Assembly: GCA_024710525.1 (NCBI GenBank)
Contig: JANJUP010000022.1
Span: forward strand, 64,001-128,000
Direction: 5' to 3'
Source: Candidatus Rifleibacteriota bacterium
GTDB taxonomy: Bacteria > Muiribacteriota > Ozemobacteria > Ozemobacterales > Ozemobacteraceae
DNA length: 64,000 nucleotides
Shown: one piece after another, positions 9,151 to 17,922 of the stretch
How positions within the stretch are numbered: position 1 is the first letter of the stretch
Layout: the number at the start of each line of letters is the position of its first letter
Made by a program: the position numbers and the translations under genes
Notes under the pieces: generated by a model
Told to the model about the DNA's origin: nothing
What the model saw: only the letters and a program-made list of their open reading frames with translations
Databases searched by the model: none

Positions 9151-9246
9151 TCAGGAACATAACACTTTAAGCGGTCTGCAACAAGCCATTTTCTGCCTGA
9201 ACGGTGCCTTTGCGGGAATGGCCCGGAAGAATGACCGTGCCATCAT
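9151..9246 (-). CDS. Candidate small ORF (31 aa) MMARSFFRAIPAKAPFRQKMACCRPLKVLCS lying between the transporter and radical SAM genes; possible precursor peptide
   Basis: Hand-translated. The ATGATG starts 10 nt after the MFS stop. The stop TGA (9151-9153) lies 33 nt before the rSAM ATG. Three Cys in the last 10 residues. Below the 60-aa cutoff of the ORF track. No strong RBS. Confidence 0.25.
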   Translation of the reverse strand: MMARSFFRAIPAKAPFRQKMACCRPLKVLCS

Positions 9247-9256
9247 CGTGGCATAT

Positions 9257-10567
9257 TCAAGAATTATTGAGGTTTTCGGCAGCCTGCTTTTCTCTCTGGA
9301 TACGGGCTCTGTTTGTCCAGGTGTGTGGCAGAAGCACGAGCATCAGCCAGCCGATCAGCATCAAAACGATAGCCAGACCAAATGCCGCCTGAAAAGCGGC
9401 TGTTTCTCTGGTGCCGTCAGGTGATACCCAGCCGATGATCAGGCCCATGACCCACATTCCGAGGCCGCCGCCGACGAAACCGGTGAAATTGTAGACGCCG
9501 AGGGCGGTGCCGGCCATCGAGGCCGGAAAACACTCGCGTGCAATGCCGAAACTGATCGAAAAGAAGCCGGCGCAGAAACCCATAACCGCGAGCAGCGGAA
9601 TCAGATAGCTCTGCATTGTTGAAGTGGCGAAAACCAGAGGTACCCAGCACAGCAGATAGCCGAACATTCCGGCTGTCAGAACCGTGTGGCGCCGCTGAAC
9701 CGATTTTCCGGCCAGAATGCCGGAGACGATTGCCCCGAGCATCAGGCCAAGGGCAAGCCAGGTCAGGGCATAGCCGACCGATGTGTCTGGCATCTGATAG
9801 ATGCGCTTGAGAAATGGGCCGGCCCAGAGGCCCTGAAAACTGATTATCGTGGTTTCGAAAGCGAAGAAGTAGAGAGTTACGGCCCAGAATCTTTTTGATT
9901 TGAGCATGCCGCGCAGGCCTGAACGCTCGCCCGGTTCCACTGTTTCGTCAGAGTCGTGGTGCTTTGCAGAACCGGCTTCTGGCCCACTTTCTTTTGGGCG
10001 TTCAGATTCTGGTGGCTGGTCTTTGACCACGAGCCAGACAAATATCACCAGAAGCAGGGTAATGACGCTGACGAGTTCCATCGTGGCCCGCCAGCCCCAG
10101 ACGCTTTTTATTACAGCCAGCGGCCATGTCGAACTCAGTGCGCCAAGGTTGCCTACTGCCAGCATCATGCCGGTCATAAATACAAAAGATTCGCCGCCAA
10201 ACCAGCAGCCCATAAGTCTGAGCGCCGGCACATAAACGCAGCCGACCCCGGCACCGACCAGCCAGCGCGATAGAACCGCCGTTTCGAATGAAGCCGCCTT
10301 GCCGAAAGCAAAGGCGCCGAGGCTTGCCAGCAGCAGAAACAGTGATATGGTCTTGCGGGCACCCCAGCGGTCTGAAAGGATGCCGACCGGTATCTGTACC
10401 GTTGCATAGCCAAGCAGATACATCGATGAGAGAAAACCGAGTGCTGCCGGTTCAAGGCCAAGGTCGGCGGTGAGGTCGCCGGCCATTACCGCAGTGCAGA
10501 ACCGATGAAACATGACAAAGAAATAGGCAATCGCCAGAACCCAGAATATGGCCCACTTTCTTGTCAT
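9257..10567 (-). CDS. Major facilitator superfamily (MFS) transporter, 12 predicted TM helices
   Basis: AAGGAAAG RBS then ATG at 10567. Hydrophobic throughout, with a central cytoplasmic loop. MFS-like motif GILSDRWGARKT (G-x3-D-R/K-x-G-R-K/R). Confidence 0.85.
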   Translation of the reverse strand: MTRKWAIFWVLAIAYFFVMFHRFCTAVMAGDLTADLGLEPAALGFLSSMYLLGYATVQIPVGILSDRWGARKTISLFLLLASLGAFAFGKAASFETAVLSRWLVGAGVGCVYVPALRLMGCWFGGESFVFMTGMMLAVGNLGALSSTWPLAVIKSVWGWRATMELVSVITLLLVIFVWLVVKDQPPESERPKESGPEAGSAKHHDSDETVEPGERSGLRGMLKSKRFWAVTLYFFAFETTIISFQGLWAGPFLKRIYQMPDTSVGYALTWLALGLMLGAIVSGILAGKSVQRRHTVLTAGMFGYLLCWVPLVFATSTMQSYLIPLLAVMGFCAGFFSISFGIARECFPASMAGTALGVYNFTGFVGGGLGMWVMGLIIGWVSPDGTRETAAFQAAFGLAIVLMLIGWLMLVLLPHTWTNRARIQREKQAAENLNNS

Positions 10568-10719
10568 TGCGGCTTTCCTTGTTAATGTTCTCTTTACTTA
10601 AGCTTGCCTGTAAAGAAGCGTTTATGCAACTATTTTCTGATAGGACTGCCCGGTTTTCCGCTTCGGGTATTTCTGTTACAATCGTCTGCATAATTTTGCT
10701 CAGACAGGGAAGAAATCTT

Positions 10720-11409
10720 ATGACCTTTTCATTATCGCCCAGAAAAAGTCTGAAAGTCGTGCTGTTGCTGGCAGTGCTTTTTCTCGTGCAGGCTGTTGAA
10801 CCTCAGCCATTGCAGGCAGATGATATCGAGAAACAGATGCGCGAACTGCTCGCTGAGGCTGGCCCTTTCCCTGAGGCGGTTGCCAGGCCGCGCGACCCTG
10901 TAAACAGTGAGCTGACGATTCGTGAAAGATTTAATCGTATCTGGAACAATTTTCTGGGCTTCAGGGTCACCTATGCGACCGCGAGAGGTAAGGCCTGCCA
11001 CGCAAACCAGCGGGTAATCGCCGGTGCGATTGAAATGTACAACATGGACAACGCAACGATGATGAAAACATTGCGGCACGACGACGCCGTTATGGCCTCG
11101 GGAGCGCTGGTCAGGGGCCTTTACCTTAAGAATGGGATTCGCCCGCCTGAATCCGACTGTGAATATTTCAGTTTTGGTGATCTGACAAAAAATGGCATAG
11201 TTTATTGCCGGCGACATGGCACGATTGAACCGTATTATAAAGCCATAGCAAAGGTTGCTGGTGTTAAAATGCCTGTCGATGAGCGGGCAGAAAATCTTCA
11301 GATCGCTTTGGCCGGCATGGTCGGTCTGATTCTGATCTCAATGGCGGTTCTGATCGTTTTGTTTTTCAGTCGCCGCCAGTCGTCAGAGGCATCAGACGCA
11401 GATAGATAG
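10720..11409 (+). CDS. Secreted protein with GspG-like pseudopilin globular motif and a C-terminal TM anchor
   Basis: Sec-type signal peptide MTFSLSPRKSLKVVLLLAVLFLVQA. KACHANQRVIAGAIEMYNMDNATMM resembles the T2SS GspG/PulG motif (..A.DMY.LDN..YP). C-terminal helix LAGMVGLILISMAVLIVLFF. Confidence 0.5.
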   Translation: MTFSLSPRKSLKVVLLLAVLFLVQAVEPQPLQADDIEKQMRELLAEAGPFPEAVARPRDPVNSELTIRERFNRIWNNFLGFRVTYATARGKACHANQRVIAGAIEMYNMDNATMMKTLRHDDAVMASGALVRGLYLKNGIRPPESDCEYFSFGDLTKNGIVYCRRHGTIEPYYKAIAKVAGVKMPVDERAENLQIALAGMVGLILISMAVLIVLFFSRRQSSEASDADR

Positions 11410-11514
11410 GCCTTTTTTGCCGGTTCTGTTTTTTGGCAGGTTTTATTTGAATCTGAGTGCCAAAAAAGGTTATAGTTAGAGCAATACATAGAAAGTTTCA
11501 AGTTCTGCAAAGTC

Positions 11515-12594
11515 ATGTCATGCTTTAAGCGGCAGTTAACCTGCGTTTGCCCGCGCAACAGCGGTTTCGTTTTTCCGCTGATTCTTTTTGCATCCCTGGC
11601 GGTAGGCCTGTTTATTCTGACGCTTACCCAGTATCAATCAGCGAATCGAGTCAAGCTTCAGCATCTCAACGACTACCAGGGTGCATTTAACATCGCCTGG
11701 TCGGCACTTGTCGAAGTGCTGGCCGACATTCAGGCGAAGCAGTGGAGCAACCGTTCTTTTAAATCCGGGCCAAAAGACAAGTCTGCCAGCCTGTTCGGCG
11801 GCAGTTACAATCTCAGGGTGGCTGACCATGATGTGGCGCAGTATCTGTTCAATGTTAAAGTCAGGGTGAGCTTTAAAAACAAAAATCACCTGTTCTACTG
11901 GCGCATGAAATACAACCCGAATTTGCTCGATTTTACCAATCTTTTCATACCTGTCTGCTATGATGACATGCTCGATGAGCCTGGTGCGGCGCCTGGCGAT
12001 ATCGATGCAATCGTCGATGATATGCTCGAAACCCGTGAAGAGAACCGTGAGAAGGCCGAAGAGATCGCCAAAGCCATCAAAGCGACGCCGACTCTTAAGG
12101 AGGCACTGCAAAAAATCGGCATCAAACCCGACAAAGTCAAGGATGCCGACAAGCCAAGACCAGCGCCCCCAACGGTGCCGACTGCGCCGACTCCGCTGAC
12201 GCTGAAAGATATCGCGGCCCTGGCTACCGGTGCTGACCCTGAAGTGGTCTTTGCAATCAAAGATTTTCATTTTGGTGGTGACGTCGCAGTGCTTACCGAA
12301 GAACAGAAAGACCTGCTCGACGCTATGGCTAAAATTCTTGCCGACCGGCCCGAGATTAAAATCGAGCTGCGTGGCCATACGACCGGTCTGGTTGGTACCG
12401 CCGAAAGCAATCTTGAATTCTCGATTCAGCGGGCACAGAACGTGGCCGACTATCTTATCAGTGTTGGTATTGCAGCTGAAAGGCTCACAGTTAAAGGTTT
12501 TGGTCGCGAAAAACCGCTCGCCAGCAACGACACCGAGGCCGGTCAGACGAAAAACCGCCGCGTCGAATTCGTTCTTTCATCCACATCAAGTTAG
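11515..12594 (+). CDS. OmpA/MotB-domain protein with N-terminal TM helix
   Basis: C-terminal IELRGHTTGLVGTAESNLEFSIQRAQNVADYLISVGIAAERLTVKGFGREKPLASNDTEAGQTKNRRVEFVL is a canonical OmpA-like peptidoglycan-binding domain. N-terminal hydrophobic helix. Confidence 0.75.
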   Translation: MSCFKRQLTCVCPRNSGFVFPLILFASLAVGLFILTLTQYQSANRVKLQHLNDYQGAFNIAWSALVEVLADIQAKQWSNRSFKSGPKDKSASLFGGSYNLRVADHDVAQYLFNVKVRVSFKNKNHLFYWRMKYNPNLLDFTNLFIPVCYDDMLDEPGAAPGDIDAIVDDMLETREENREKAEEIAKAIKATPTLKEALQKIGIKPDKVKDADKPRPAPPTVPTAPTPLTLKDIAALATGADPEVVFAIKDFHFGGDVAVLTEEQKDLLDAMAKILADRPEIKIELRGHTTGLVGTAESNLEFSIQRAQNVADYLISVGIAAERLTVKGFGREKPLASNDTEAGQTKNRRVEFVLSSTSS

Positions 12595-12626
12595 TTACAG
12601 CCGTAGCAGAGTTTGAGTTACCGACT

Positions 12627-13199
12627 ATGAAAAATCGATCTGACAGAAGTTCTTTAACGGCCGCAAGTAGCGGTTTTACGGTATTGGAACTCGTGGTTGT
12701 CGTCGGCATAATGGCTCTGCTGGCGGCAATGGTATTCGGCATGTTTTCTACGACCAGTTCCAACCAGCAGAAGGTTTCGACCGACATGCAGATGCAGGCA
12801 ATGATACTTAACTCGCAAAATCGCATCGTAAGAGCGGTCAGAGAAGGCATCGATTTTATTCTGCCCGAACTTGGTGGAGAGTCGGCTGCCCTCTTTTTTG
12901 CTGACAGTGAAAATAACATCAGGGTGCTCTATCAGCAGAAAGACGAAGAACTGTCAAAACGCACCGGCAAAACTTTGTACAAGCTCGTTCATCAAAAGGT
13001 TGAAACGAAAGGCTTTAATAGCAGCAGCCCGGCATCTGACCCGAAAATGTCCTCGACGGTTGCCGAGTATGTTAAAGACATCAAATTTCGCGTTTCAAGC
13101 GCCAATACGGTCAATGTTACCGCCAGTTTTGCGACCGAGCGCGCCGAATTTCAGACAATGTTCGAGATTGGCCTGCAGAATTCGGGAGTTGTTGAATGA
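12627..13199 (+). CDS. Prepilin-type N-terminal cleavage/methylation domain protein (pseudopilin)
   Basis: Class III signal: SSGFTVLELVVVVGIMALLAAMVF (G|FTVLE with E at +5). Confidence 0.7.
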   Translation: MKNRSDRSSLTAASSGFTVLELVVVVGIMALLAAMVFGMFSTTSSNQQKVSTDMQMQAMILNSQNRIVRAVREGIDFILPELGGESAALFFADSENNIRVLYQQKDEELSKRTGKTLYKLVHQKVETKGFNSSSPASDPKMSSTVAEYVKDIKFRVSSANTVNVTASFATERAEFQTMFEIGLQNSGVVE

Positions 13200-14473
13200 A
13201 CCAGCGAGCAAACCGTGGTATGACACTGCTTGAACTGCTGATCGGCTTTTTTCTGCTGGTTTCGGCCTCGATTATTTTTTTTCAGGCCATGCACAGCTTT
13301 AAAAAAGAAACCACCTTTACTTCGGAAAATTTCCTCGCGGCTTCTCTGACTGAAAAAGTGCTCGAGCAATGCTACCAGGAGGCCGACCTGAACCCGCATG
13401 GCCTGCAGGCAATCGGCCTGGCCGATGCCGACGGCGCGCTCTACCCGTTTTCGACCTTTGTGACTGACAGAGAGACAATTTTCTTTTCGAACCCGGGCAT
13501 AACCGACACCGAAACCCCAAACCTGCACAAACTTCTCAAGGAAAACTTCAATCTCAAGGTCTCCGGAAAAAAAACTACCGGATTCTATGAAATCACCGCC
13601 GGTTTTAATTGGAAAGCTGCTTCGGGCAAGGGCGGTTCGCTCACATCAACGAGAATTCTTTCGTTTACCGGCGAAAAGGAAGTGCTGACAACCTTCGCTC
13701 TATCAGATGCCGAGGTGAAAAACCGGCTGGTAAAAGATGTGTTCAATGCCCCGGGTGCCGCTCTTGGCAGCAAGGTCAGCAGCGCCGGTGCCGAAAAACT
13801 GCTGCTTGATATTGGCCATATTTACTACACCTGCAACGACTGGCTTAACTCAGCTGAATTTAAAGACCGCTACCAGAAGGCTCGCAGCCTGGAGATTGTC
13901 TCGTCACCTGCATCTGAAGATTATGAAAAGTGTACCCGCATGTATTTTGATCTCGCCAGAGACATGCTGCATCTTATGATGAGTCTCAAAGGTCATGCCG
14001 AAGAGGCAAACAAGCAGATCAGCTTTCTTGCTTCCGTTCCGAAACCCGAGAAATACATCATTGAGAGCCGCATCGAGCGTGGCGGCCTGTTTTATCGTCA
14101 GCTGCGCCGCCTGCTTTTCAATTGTCTTTTCAGGGTTGCTGAACGTTACGAGCAGCAGAGCAAAAATGCCCGATCGCCGAAACACCAGCGCCAGCTGATT
14201 ATACGGCTTTTCAATATCAATCGCATTCTTTTTGCCAACCGCAGTTTCAGTGACGAAGTGCCGGCCGCCGAGATCGAAAGCCGTTATCGCAACTTCATCA
14301 CAAGAATGCAGACAGCTTTCAGCGAGTCCGACCCTTCGATTTTTCGCCTCGCCGACCAGGAAAAGACTTTTATCACCGCCGGCAATCTCGAAGACCGCTT
14401 TTTCATGCTGAAATTGACCGGCGAGCTTTTTGCCACCATCGATAAATTTCTGACGGTTCTCGATCCGGCCTGA
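13196..14473 (+). CDS. Large prepilin-type N-terminal domain protein (425 aa pseudopilin-like)
   Basis: Start overlaps the upstream stop (ATGA). N-terminus RGMTLLELLIGFFLLVSASIIFF (G|MTLLE). Confidence 0.65.
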   Translation: MNQRANRGMTLLELLIGFFLLVSASIIFFQAMHSFKKETTFTSENFLAASLTEKVLEQCYQEADLNPHGLQAIGLADADGALYPFSTFVTDRETIFFSNPGITDTETPNLHKLLKENFNLKVSGKKTTGFYEITAGFNWKAASGKGGSLTSTRILSFTGEKEVLTTFALSDAEVKNRLVKDVFNAPGAALGSKVSSAGAEKLLLDIGHIYYTCNDWLNSAEFKDRYQKARSLEIVSSPASEDYEKCTRMYFDLARDMLHLMMSLKGHAEEANKQISFLASVPKPEKYIIESRIERGGLFYRQLRRLLFNCLFRVAERYEQQSKNARSPKHQRQLIIRLFNINRILFANRSFSDEVPAAEIESRYRNFITRMQTAFSESDPSIFRLADQEKTFITAGNLEDRFFMLKLTGELFATIDKFLTVLDPA

Positions 14474-14591
14474 GTTTTCTGCCAGACAAAGATACCCGCA
14501 TCCCCGCCGGGCTAAAGCATTTCGCAGGTTGATGCGGCTATTGTCGGTATCAATAGTTCGCAGAATATCTGAAATGCGGCAATCAAGACGC

Positions 14592-16214
14592 TCAGAAGAG
14601 AAAGTCAGTGGTCAGAAAGCTCGAAAGGTCGTCTTTAAGGATTTTCGTGATCAGCTGCTTGTTGTCGTCACTGTCTTTGGCAGCGACCAGGGTTCTGATC
14701 GAGAAAACCCGAAGCGCGTCAGAGACCGAAAGGGTGCCTTCGGCTGAATCCTTGCGGCCGGTGAACGGGAAGGTGTCGGGGCCACGCTGGCACTGGCTGT
14801 TGATATTGACGCGGCAGACCTGGTTAACCAGCGGGTCGATCAGTGAAGCCATCTGTTTCGCATCTTTTCCGAAGAGGCTCACTTGTTGGCCGTAGTCTGA
14901 CTCGACGACGTAGTCGATCGCTTCTTCGATCCGATTATAGGCTGCGACCGGTACGACCGGGCCGAACTGTTCTTCGCGATACAGTTTCATTTTATCGTTC
15001 ACCGGGTAGACAACGGCGGGAAAGAACAGCGAATCCGAGAAAACGCCGCCCGAAGGGTTGACGATTCTGGCGCCGTTTGCCTGGGCATCTTTGATAAGAT
15101 CGGTAAGGCGCTCTGCTTTGCCGGGCTCAGCGAGCGGAGTAATCTGGGCGCCCTTTTCCCAGGGCAGGTTGATCTGCAGCTTTTCTACTTCGGCCGAGAA
15201 TTTTGCCAGAAACACATCGGCAATTGAAGAATGCACAAAGATCATTTTCAGGGCGGTGCAGCGCTGGCCATTGAATGACAGACTGCCGAGAATGCATTCT
15301 TTTACCGCCAGGTCGATATCGGCATCTGGAAGAATGATGCAGGGGTTCTTGGCATCAAGACCGAGCACGCAGCGCAGGCGGTGCGGTTTCGGGTGTGCTC
15401 TGCGGATAACGTCTGAGACACGGCTGGTGCCGATAAAAGCCAATACATCGACTTTGCCTGAAGCCATCATCGGGGTGATTACGGTTTGCCCACTGCCATA
15501 AACCGTATTGATTACCCCTTTCGGAAATGAATCGCGAAAAGCTTCGAGCAGCGGCTGAAAAAGCAGCACGCCGTGTTTCGGCGGCTTGAAAACGACAGTG
15601 TTGCCCATGATCAGGGCAGGGATCAGCGTCGTAAAAGTTTCATTGAGCGGGTAATTGAACGGGCCCATGCAGAGTACGACGCCAAGGGGCGCCCGTCTGA
15701 TCTGGCCGATGATCTTCTGTTGGATGGTAAAGCGCGATGAAGTTCGGTCGAGCTCTTTCAGAGCTTCGACTGTGTCGCGGATATAGTCGATGGTGCGGTC
15801 GAATTCCTTCTGGGCATCGGCAAGGTTTTTGCAGATTTCCCACATCAGCAGGTTAACGACGCGGTCACGGCAGCCGAGCATGCGTTCGACAAAATTTTGA
15901 ACGTGCCTGATGCGTTCACCAACCGACATTGTCGGCCATTTTCCCCGACCGTTGTCATAGGCCGCAGCCGCTGCATTCAAAGCCTCGGTGGCGGCCTGTT
16001 CAGACATGCTTGGCACGCTGCCGAGTTTTACCTGTTCAGGAGCGCTGCCGTTTCTGATTCTGATCGGCGAACTGATTTCCTGCATCGGGCCCTGCCACTG
16101 CCGGATTTCTCCATCGATCAGGTAATCGCGCTGTTCGATCCTTGGCGCTGTGAATTCAGCCGGAATATTCGCATCCTGCGGGAAAAGGGCCGCAAGGGTT
16201 TCGCTTTTCAACAT
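14592..16214 (-). CDS. Aldehyde dehydrogenase family protein (NAD(P)+-dependent)
   Basis: Catalytic Cys motif SFNGQRCTAL and Glu motif LGLDAKNP. Rossmann GxxxxG region. 540 aa. Confidence 0.8.
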   Translation of the reverse strand: MLKSETLAALFPQDANIPAEFTAPRIEQRDYLIDGEIRQWQGPMQEISSPIRIRNGSAPEQVKLGSVPSMSEQAATEALNAAAAAYDNGRGKWPTMSVGERIRHVQNFVERMLGCRDRVVNLLMWEICKNLADAQKEFDRTIDYIRDTVEALKELDRTSSRFTIQQKIIGQIRRAPLGVVLCMGPFNYPLNETFTTLIPALIMGNTVVFKPPKHGVLLFQPLLEAFRDSFPKGVINTVYGSGQTVITPMMASGKVDVLAFIGTSRVSDVIRRAHPKPHRLRCVLGLDAKNPCIILPDADIDLAVKECILGSLSFNGQRCTALKMIFVHSSIADVFLAKFSAEVEKLQINLPWEKGAQITPLAEPGKAERLTDLIKDAQANGARIVNPSGGVFSDSLFFPAVVYPVNDKMKLYREEQFGPVVPVAAYNRIEEAIDYVVESDYGQQVSLFGKDAKQMASLIDPLVNQVCRVNINSQCQRGPDTFPFTGRKDSAEGTLSVSDALRVFSIRTLVAAKDSDDNKQLITKILKDDLSSFLTTDFLF

Positions 16215-16404
16215 CGGGTTCCTCCATTTTTGTCAGCGACAGCTGTAATCTTTAAGTCTGGTTTTTGCGATTTTAACTGACCGCCGGGTGCCAGTCCAAT
16301 TTATTCGCAGCGACCCGTTCAAAGCTTGATTTTGTAACCTGAAACCATGTAGTCATCCTTGCCGAGGTGGTGAATGGTCTTCGGTTCAGAAATTTCCGGG
16401 TCGA

Positions 16405-17037
16405 TTATTTTGTTTTCGGATTGAGTTCTTTGACCAGATCAGACCGCTTCGGCCATGGCTGAAAACCGTATCTGGGGCCGGGGCATGCTTCATTGATATA
16501 TCTGATAAGATTGTTAGGCCTGGGGAAATGTGCCATCGGCACAATTTGCGAGCCGACGAAGGCGTTGAGTGCCTCCGAGTCTTCGAGGCCGTCGTCACGC
16601 GCCGCTTCAAGGCTTGCTTCCAGTTCCTGTGGACTGAACAGAGGTTTTTCCCATGGCTGCTGCTCACCTTCAGCGACCAGCCACATAAAATCTCCCCATT
16701 GCAGGTTTCTGACCAGACTGCCGTTGCTCCAGGCAGCATAAATTCCTGAGGTGAGACCTCCGTCGATCAGATAAAAAGCTATTACCTCGCCAACCTGTGC
16801 CGACAGCTCGGCAAGTTCTTTTGCAATGGCCGGATCTGAAGCTTCAACCCACATTGGCGGGTAATCGGTGCGGTTCCAGCGGTCAACGACCGCAAACTGA
16901 TGCACGGCCGGGTCGCCACCGAGAACCTTTAACGGACTGAACTCTTTCCCGGCGGCTCTGGCCTTTTTGATTGCCTCTTCAAGGGCTTCGATTCCTCCGT
17001 CAGGAAATTTTGCGTAAACTGCTCCGTCACAATCCAT
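16405..17037 (-). CDS. Hypothetical protein
   Basis: ORF with ATG at 17037 (MDCDGAVYAKFPDGG...). No recognisable motif. Confidence 0.45.
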   Translation of the reverse strand: MDCDGAVYAKFPDGGIEALEEAIKKARAAGKEFSPLKVLGGDPAVHQFAVVDRWNRTDYPPMWVEASDPAIAKELAELSAQVGEVIAFYLIDGGLTSGIYAAWSNGSLVRNLQWGDFMWLVAEGEQQPWEKPLFSPQELEASLEAARDDGLEDSEALNAFVGSQIVPMAHFPRPNNLIRYINEACPGPRYGFQPWPKRSDLVKELNPKTK

Positions 17038-17294
17038 ATTTCTGTCCTCCTGTGGCGTCTGCCGCCCTGTTTCTGTTTTTATGCAGCGCCACCAATTTAA
17101 TACCAATTTAGCTTACCTTTTCTGCCTCGACAAGAAAAATGAGCATCCAACCAGTCTGGTTCCTTGTCGAAAATGGATTCGAGGACAGGCCGCCGAAGCA
17201 GGGAGCTTGAATCTTTATTGCCGAGCCTGCACTGCAATAGAAAAAAAACTGCAACTCAAATGCAGTAATGGTCCGGAAGAATGATCTGCAAAGT

Positions 17295-17332
17295 TTGACA
17301 ATTACAATTAAATTGAATACAATTTAATTGTA
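17295..17332 (+). promoter_or_regulatory. Sigma-70 promoter (TTGACA-17-TACAAT) overlapped by an OhrR-type inverted-repeat operator
   Basis: TTGACA at 17295-17300, 17-bp spacer, TACAAT at 17318-17323. Inverted repeat tacaattaaattg (17303-17315) / caatttaattgta (17320-17332). Followed by a TAAGGAG RBS and the gpx ATG at 17353. Confidence 0.7.
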
Positions 17333-17352
17333 ATAAATCGTAAGGAGCTGCT

Positions 17353-17922
17353 ATGAATATTTATGAATTCACGGTTAAAGATATACATGAAAACCCGGTA
17401 TCGCTGCGTGACTATCAGGGGCGGGTGCTGCTGATTGTCAACACTGCCACCGGCTGCGGGCTGACCCCGCAGTATGAAGGCCTTGAAAAGCTTTATAAAA
17501 AATATCATGACCAGGGATTCGAAATTCTCGATTTTCCGTGCAATCAGTTTCTTAACCAGGCTCCAGGCACCGGCGAAGAGATTGCCAGTTTCTGTCAGCT
17601 CAAATACGGCGTGTCGTTCCGCACTTTCGGTAAAGTAGAGGTAAACGGCGACAAAGCCGATCCGCTGTATGTTTACCTCAAACAGCAGGCGCCGGCCGAT
17701 GTTGAAAATGCCGATGCCGGAGCATTCAGGCAGATTCTTGTAAAACTCGCTCAGACGGTTGCCGGCAGCGGTATCAAATGGAACTTTACCAAATTTCTGA
17801 TCGACCGCCAGGGCAGAGTGGTTACCCGGTTCGCTCCGACGGTTAAGCCCGAAGAACTTGAAGCTGCCATTGTTAAATTGCTGCCGCAGGAGAAAAAATG
17901 TGAAAAAGCCGGCGAAAGATAA
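17353..17922 (+). CDS. gpx: Glutathione peroxidase (Cys-type, BsaA-like)
   Basis: LLIVNTATGCGLTPQY...FEILDFPCNQF and WNFTKFLIDRQG are GPx family signatures with a peroxidatic Cys. Confidence 0.9.
   Translation: MNIYEFTVKDIHENPVSLRDYQGRVLLIVNTATGCGLTPQYEGLEKLYKKYHDQGFEILDFPCNQFLNQAPGTGEEIASFCQLKYGVSFRTFGKVEVNGDKADPLYVYLKQQAPADVENADAGAFRQILVKLAQTVAGSGIKWNFTKFLIDRQGRVVTRFAPTVKPEELEAAIVKLLPQEKKCEKAGER

Noticed and set aside
11638-12378. 246-aa minus-strand ORF
   Set aside because: Antisense to the OmpA-domain gene, which has a canonical OmpA C-terminal domain. No independent support.
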